From: Candidatus Latescibacterota bacterium
GTDB lineage: Bacteria; Latescibacterota; UBA2968
Assembly: GCA_965204745.1 (NCBI GenBank)
Contig: OZ242010.1
Coordinates: 2,048,001-2,112,000, forward strand
Reading direction: 5' to 3'
Length of the DNA: 64,000 nucleotides
Shown here: in pieces, positions 59,340 to 64,000 of the stretch
Numbering within the stretch: position 1 is the stretch's first letter
Layout of the letters: each line of letters starts with the position of its first letter
Translations under genes and position numbers: made by a program
The notes under the pieces: generated by a model
Database searches by the model: none
What the model was told of the DNA's origin: nothing
What the model saw: the letters and a program-made list of their open reading frames with translations, nothing else

Positions 59340-59963
59340 TACAATCTCCTTAAAAAAATCCCAAAATTGAGTTTCCACATATCCACTATGCCATTTGGCT
59401 TAGAACCGACTGAAAAAGCCCCATCCCCTCTGATTTCGTTCATGCGTTCATGGAATTTCCTCCTTTGTATCTTTGACCGAGCACAGAGGCATCGCCCCTA
59501 CATACTGCTCACCTTTGAACTGGCTATCGCCAGTTGTACTCCGCACGCACAGATTAGCAAATGTGTTGCTTGCTCATTTAAGGCGTTTGGTCCTACAGCC
59601 TCGTTGGTTGCCTCCGATGCCTTCGGCGACCTACTTTTTTTCAACAGCAAAAAAAGTAGGCGAGCGGGGTACAACTGCCCCAGCAGTTCAAAAATGCCGC
59701 TCTCAAACGCCGAGGGGCTTGCACAGCGCAAACCGCTTTTGTAACAGGACGATATGCGCCAGCCTGCAAAGTGGGTTGCAACATGGATGTTGGTTGCGAG
59801 ACGGCCTTGCGCGCTGTGCGTGATGGCTTTATCTGATGGTCTGTTGTGATGGCATGGTTGCAAGGGCTTCTCTGAATGACTGCGGAACGTCAAGGGGATC
59901 GCTTGCTGTCTGTATATCGCATCACATTAGGTCAACAGAAAATCAATTTAGTATGAGAGTATG

Positions 59964-61100
59964 TCACATCTCCGTGATTTCAACCCTTTTCCGGAATGTG
60001 TCGAGGTCAATTTCTTTCTTGGCGTACGCGTCGATGTCGCGTTTGCTCACGCGAAAAATGAGGCGGTCAGGGTGCTTGATCACCTCGGGGGATTTGTCCT
60101 CTTTTGCACGCACAATACGCGCGATTTTGCGGTCGTCGTCTTTGGCGAGGTCCGCGTGAACGATGATGGATTCCTCCGCCGGAAGGTCGCGCAGGGTTGG
60201 GCCGTAGTCGGCCAAGGTTTCGATGACTGCGGTTTTGAGGGATTCGATTCTATCGGAGGCATCGGTTTTGTCTTTTCGGTACCAATCGTACCAAAAATTG
60301 CTCTCTTGCGAGACGAGAAAGATCGCGCCTATGCCCTTTTGGTATAACCCCATGCTTTTGGCGCCACTCAAGAAGTGGAAATCCGCATCCCCTTCCCGTT
60401 TGATGACGCCGGACAAAATATCGGTCATGATGTCGATTTTTTTATCGTGCGAGGGCTGTGGATCGTGCTCGCGGAAGGCGATCCGATTCTGGAGTTCGTC
60501 GATTTTGCCCCGATTGTACGCGTCAATGTCGCGTTTGGTCGCAGTGGCTTCCAAAAAGACCCCCTCGTGATCACCCCGAAATAGCTTTGAGAGTTGGTGC
60601 TCGGCGTCGTGCATGGCGGCTGCCATCTTTTTTTTCCACGCCATTTCCCTGTCTGGGTCGCCTTTCCCTGCGTACAGGCTGTCGATTGCACTTTTCATGA
60701 GGCTGTCGATGTCGCGCATCCCCGAGTTGGGATCAGGCTCGATTTTTGATGCGTACAGCAAAACGGTTACGCGGTCGTCGTCTTTGAGTTGCCCAATGGC
60801 GTTGGCGTACGTGCTCAAAAATTCGGCGATGTGTTTTTCGTTGAAGACGTCGGCTTTTTGAAGCGCGAAGGAGTATGTTTGGGGCCAGCCTCGGTCGATG
60901 AGCAAGACGCCGTAATTTTTGACGTAAAGACCGATTGTCGCCCCTTTTTTCGTGTCCAAGAAGCGGTCGAGAATGCTTTCCTGAATGGCGAGGTCGCGCT
61001 TCATGCGTTGCCAGTCCATGTCGGCAGAGGCCGAGGTGCAAAGTGCGATGTAGAGGCTGATCCCGGCAAAGAGGATGGTTCGCGTCATCGTTCGTCCCAT
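59964..61100 (-). CDS. Exported hypothetical protein downstream of the anti-sigma factor
   Basis: Signal peptide; internal duplication (G.Y.K..G..., KRDIDAY twice); RBS GAGGAG. Confidence 0.75.
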   Translation of the reverse strand: MGRTMTRTILFAGISLYIALCTSASADMDWQRMKRDLAIQESILDRFLDTKKGATIGLYVKNYGVLLIDRGWPQTYSFALQKADVFNEKHIAEFLSTYANAIGQLKDDDRVTVLLYASKIEPDPNSGMRDIDSLMKSAIDSLYAGKGDPDREMAWKKKMAAAMHDAEHQLSKLFRGDHEGVFLEATATKRDIDAYNRGKIDELQNRIAFREHDPQPSHDKKIDIMTDILSGVIKREGDADFHFLSGAKSMGLYQKGIGAIFLVSQESNFWYDWYRKDKTDASDRIESLKTAVIETLADYGPTLRDLPAEESIIVHADLAKDDDRKIARIVRAKEDKSPEVIKHPDRLIFRVSKRDIDAYAKKEIDLDTFRKRVEITEM

Positions 61101-61116
61101 TTTGATTTCTCCTCGT

Positions 61117-61803
61117 TTATGGGGTGTTTCCACCGGTGGGAATGATGGGGGTCGGTCGGTTCTTCTGTCCAAAGGGCATTCCCCGCGTGTCGTAGAGGAT
61201 TTGCAGGCCGCGGTCAATGCGTTGCAGGTCTTGTTTGCGTTGGGTTTCGAGTTCGCGCACCAATTGGATGAGGGCGCTGTTGACCTCGTCGCGCTGTCGG
61301 TTTTGAGATGCGTGAACGAGGCGATTGGTGTAGTCGATCAGGTTTTGCTGGTGGACGATCAATTCCCCAAAGGTGATGGGCGCGTCCAACGGGTGGGTTT
61401 CGGAGGTGTCATTCGCGGCGATTCGTTCTGACGAATCGCCGGACCGCAGGCCGATAGAGGCGTGGAACGCGCCATCTTGAAGGGCAACTTCGACATTGAA
61501 AAAGGTTATGACGAGGACCGCGGCAATGGCGAAAGTCGCCGCAACGGCCCATCGCTTGGGAAATCGCGCGGGCCACGGATTTTGCCAGAAGGAGGAGCGG
61601 GCTTCGGCAAACACGAGATCAAAGTCGGGCGTTTCGTCGCGCCAAGTGCTGAGGATGCGGGATGCGTTGCCCAGTTCCTCGAGGGCTTGGCTGCACGAGG
61701 GGCAAGCCGCGACGTGAACGCCGAGGCGTTCGCGCTCGTCTTTGTGGATGTCCTCGTCGTAAAAATAGGCGATGAGTTGTTCGCGGGTGATGTCACAATT
61801 CAT
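61117..61803 (-). CDS. Anti-sigma factor with zf-HC2 domain
   Basis: MNC...LIAY...HVAACPSC and a single TM; overlaps the sigma gene. Confidence 0.87.
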   Translation of the reverse strand: MNCDITREQLIAYFYDEDIHKDERERLGVHVAACPSCSQALEELGNASRILSTWRDETPDFDLVFAEARSSFWQNPWPARFPKRWAVAATFAIAAVLVITFFNVEVALQDGAFHASIGLRSGDSSERIAANDTSETHPLDAPITFGELIVHQQNLIDYTNRLVHASQNRQRDEVNSALIQLVRELETQRKQDLQRIDRGLQILYDTRGMPFGQKNRPTPIIPTGGNTP

Positions 61804-62359
61804 AGCGCACCATGTCCTCGCTGATGTCCCAGCGGTCAAAAATTTTTTTGAGGGCCGAAAGGCCGTAATACATTCTGGATTTGACCGTGTTGATCGGCGC
61901 GTTGAGGGTTTCGGCAATTTCGGTGAATTTGAGGCCCTGGTATTCTTTCATGACGATGACCACGCGCTGTTCTTCGGGCAAATGTTGCAGGGCGCGGTTG
62001 ATCAAATCCCGCACGCTTTGTTCGTGAGCCCGATCATCCGGGCGCGCTCCGGTGTCTGCTATTGGCGCGGATTCCCAAAGCGCGTCGAGGGATATGAGTT
62101 CGCGCCTGCGCGCCGCGTCTCGGCACGCATTGAGCGCGATTTGATAGATCCAAGCGGTGAATTTGTCCGGGTCGCGCAATCGCCGCAGGCTTTTGTACGC
62201 GCGAATAAAGGTTTGCTGGCACAGATCGTACGCGTCGTCTCGATTGCCCGCGTAACGCAGGACAAAGTTGTAGATGGGGCACTCCCAACGCTTGACCAAG
62301 GTATTAAAGGCCGCGGTGTGCCCGGCTTGGAACTGCGCGATCAGCGCCGCATCATTCAT
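61793..62359 (-). CDS. ECF RNA polymerase sigma factor
   Basis: AYDLCQQTFIRAY, FTAWIYQIALN, NTVKSRMYYG. Confidence 0.93.
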   Translation of the reverse strand: MNDAALIAQFQAGHTAAFNTLVKRWECPIYNFVLRYAGNRDDAYDLCQQTFIRAYKSLRRLRDPDKFTAWIYQIALNACRDAARRRELISLDALWESAPIADTGARPDDRAHEQSVRDLINRALQHLPEEQRVVIVMKEYQGLKFTEIAETLNAPINTVKSRMYYGLSALKKIFDRWDISEDMVRYEL

Positions 62360-62712
62360 CGAGAGAAGCCCCGCGTTTGGCGTTCAACATCGTGTCGTCA
62401 CCCTTCAAGACGTTAGGTTAGGCCAAAAAGTTTTACACTTGTGAAAAAAGTTCATATTTTTTGGCAAAAAAAGCGACCCTTTCGGGCCGCCAAATATTCC
62501 CTCTGCGAGCCTGTGATGCAAGAACCCGAATTTACACAGCACCCCACTGAGATATTTGGGCATTCCTTCGACAAAATCAGTATCTAAGGCAACCAACAAT
62601 GCTTTAGGACCAAACGCTTGAGACAAGCACCGCGTACGCCAATGTCTGTTTCTCATTCATCTCTGATAGGATGCGGGATACGGACAACTAAAAATCAAAT
62701 TGGTATAAGACC

Positions 62713-63471
62713 ATGAACTTTAGACCGTGTATTGACTTGCGCCATGGCCGGGTCGTGCAGATCGTCGGGGGGACATTGCGCGATGGGGAACGTGCGATGA
62801 CCCATTTTGAGACCGAGCGTTCCCCTGCGGATTACGCACGCCTGTACCGCGCAGATGGCTTGTGGGGCGGGCATGTGATCGCGCTTGGGCCGGGCAACGA
62901 AGCAGCCGCGCTGTCTGCACTCAAGGCGTTTCCCGGGGGCCTGCACATGGGCGGGGGCATCGCGCCGCACAATGCGGAAACATTTTTGCACGCAGGCGCG
63001 AGCCATGTGATCGTGACGTCCTACGTGTTTTGCGATGGGCAGATCGATGACGACCGGTTGGACGAGATGATGCGGGCCGTGGGCAAGGATCGGTTGGTGC
63101 TGGATTTGAGTTGCCGAAAGCGCGGCAATGACTACGTCGTGGTTACAAATCGCTGGCAAACATTTACCGATGTGGCGGTTGGAAAAGCGACCTTGCGCGC
63201 CTTGGCCGATTGTTGCGCGGAGTTTTTGGTCCATGGGGTCGATGTGGAGGGCAAACGCGCAGGCATAGAAGAACCGCTGGTGGAAATGCTCGGCAAGTGG
63301 TCGCCCGTACCGGTGACGTACGCGGGCGGAGCGCGGAACCTGTCCGATCTGGATCGCGTCAACGCGCTGGGGCAAGGCCGCGTGGATCTGACCATTGGCA
63401 GCGCGCTGGACATTTTCGGCGGCGATGTGGCATATCGAGATGTCGTGAGGTGGCAAAAAGAGAACGAGTGA
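62713..63471 (+). CDS. hisA: ProFAR isomerase, eukaryotic-like (His6-type)
   Basis: FRPCIDL..G.V.QIVGGTL, GASHVIVTSYVF, LVLDLSCRK, DLTIGSALDIFGG. Confidence 0.93.
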   Translation: MNFRPCIDLRHGRVVQIVGGTLRDGERAMTHFETERSPADYARLYRADGLWGGHVIALGPGNEAAALSALKAFPGGLHMGGGIAPHNAETFLHAGASHVIVTSYVFCDGQIDDDRLDEMMRAVGKDRLVLDLSCRKRGNDYVVVTNRWQTFTDVAVGKATLRALADCCAEFLVHGVDVEGKRAGIEEPLVEMLGKWSPVPVTYAGGARNLSDLDRVNALGQGRVDLTIGSALDIFGGDVAYRDVVRWQKENE

Positions 63472-63505
63472 GATGGGAGCGATGAGGCAACCCCGCCACC
63501 GCCCA

Positions 63506-63585
63506 AGTTGTCAGTTGTCAGTGGTCAGTTGTCAGTGGTCAGTTGTCAGTGGTCAGTTGTCAGTGGTCAGTTGTCAGTGGTCAGT
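63506..63585 (+). repeat. Heptamer repeat x11, mostly alternating AGTTGTC/AGTGGTC
   Basis: Counted directly from the sequence. Confidence 0.93.
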
Positions 63586-63776
63586 CCCCGCCCATCCACC
63601 GCAAAATTGGACGTGAGAATGTAGGGGCGTGGTCGCTGTGCTCACCCAACCCGACCACCGATCCGTTCGCAGTCCGTTGCCCCATCCTGTCTCCATTAAC
63701 CGTAGGGACAGGTCCCCGTGCCTGTCCGAAAGCGGACCTGTGCCCGCACGTTCCGCGGATTCGTCAGGATTATTTT

Positions 63777-64000
63777 ATGATGCGTTTTCAGGATCTCGGG
63801 GAATTTGGATTTATCGACCGCATTGCCGCGCACGCACAGCGCAATCGGGTGCTTTGTGGGATTGGCGATGATTGTGCGGTCATCGCAATGGATGAGGACC
63901 GTGCGCGTCTCGTGACGACGGACGCGATGGTCGAGGGCGTCCACTTTGTGCAAAACGCGCCGCCGGAAAGCGTGGGCTACAAGTTGCTGACCGCGAGTTT
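63777..64000 (+). CDS. thiL: Thiamine-monophosphate kinase, 5' part (runs off window end)
   Basis: Manual translation: MMRFQDLGEFGFIDRI...GIGDDCAV...VTTDAMVEGVHF....VGYK. Confidence 0.9.
   Translation, partial: MMRFQDLGEFGFIDRIAAHAQRNRVLCGIGDDCAVIAMDEDRARLVTTDAMVEGVHFVQNAPPESVGYKLLTAS

Noticed and set aside
62713-63471. Eukaryote-like HisA as evidence of recent gene transfer from a host
   Set aside because: The His6-type subfamily is already known in many bacteria, and composition matches neighbouring genes.
63600-63776. Possible TPP riboswitch upstream of thiL
   Set aside because: No CTGAGA/TPP core seen; the region is explained by REP-like palindromes.

Overview
Bacterial chromosomal window, mostly GC-rich with several AT-richer patches. 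The gene content (multiple PhyH-family Fe/2OG enzymes, sulfatases, a GWxTD protein, GPP34, ccm genes with a Cys-type CcmE) suggests an uncultured FCB-group/Latescibacterota-like organism, possibly host-associated; this taxonomy is inference only. Housekeeping genes include pdxH-pdxJ, tig-clpP-clpX, an rnhB-yraN fusion, acs, ccmE/F/H, uxuA, hisA and partial thiL, plus two ECF sigma/anti-sigma loci. Accessory modules: (i) a small protein + Rad50/SMC-like zinc-hook ATPase + PD-(D/E)XK nuclease island after clpX, with an IS5 element inserted exactly at the gene overlap; (ii) two further ABC-ATPase + partner pairs, one bracketed by a perfect 24-bp direct repeat; (iii) an Rpn nuclease with a likely internal antitoxin start; (iv) a four-gene insert splitting the ccm operon. 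All five PhyH-family enzymes lack the canonical HxD carboxylate. Intergenic DNA is a patchwork of IS remnants (IS982, IS5, miniature tnpB), MITEs, GTAG-REP-like elements and heptamer repeats. No rRNA, tRNA or CRISPR array was recognised. All family calls come from motif recognition by eye, not database searches.
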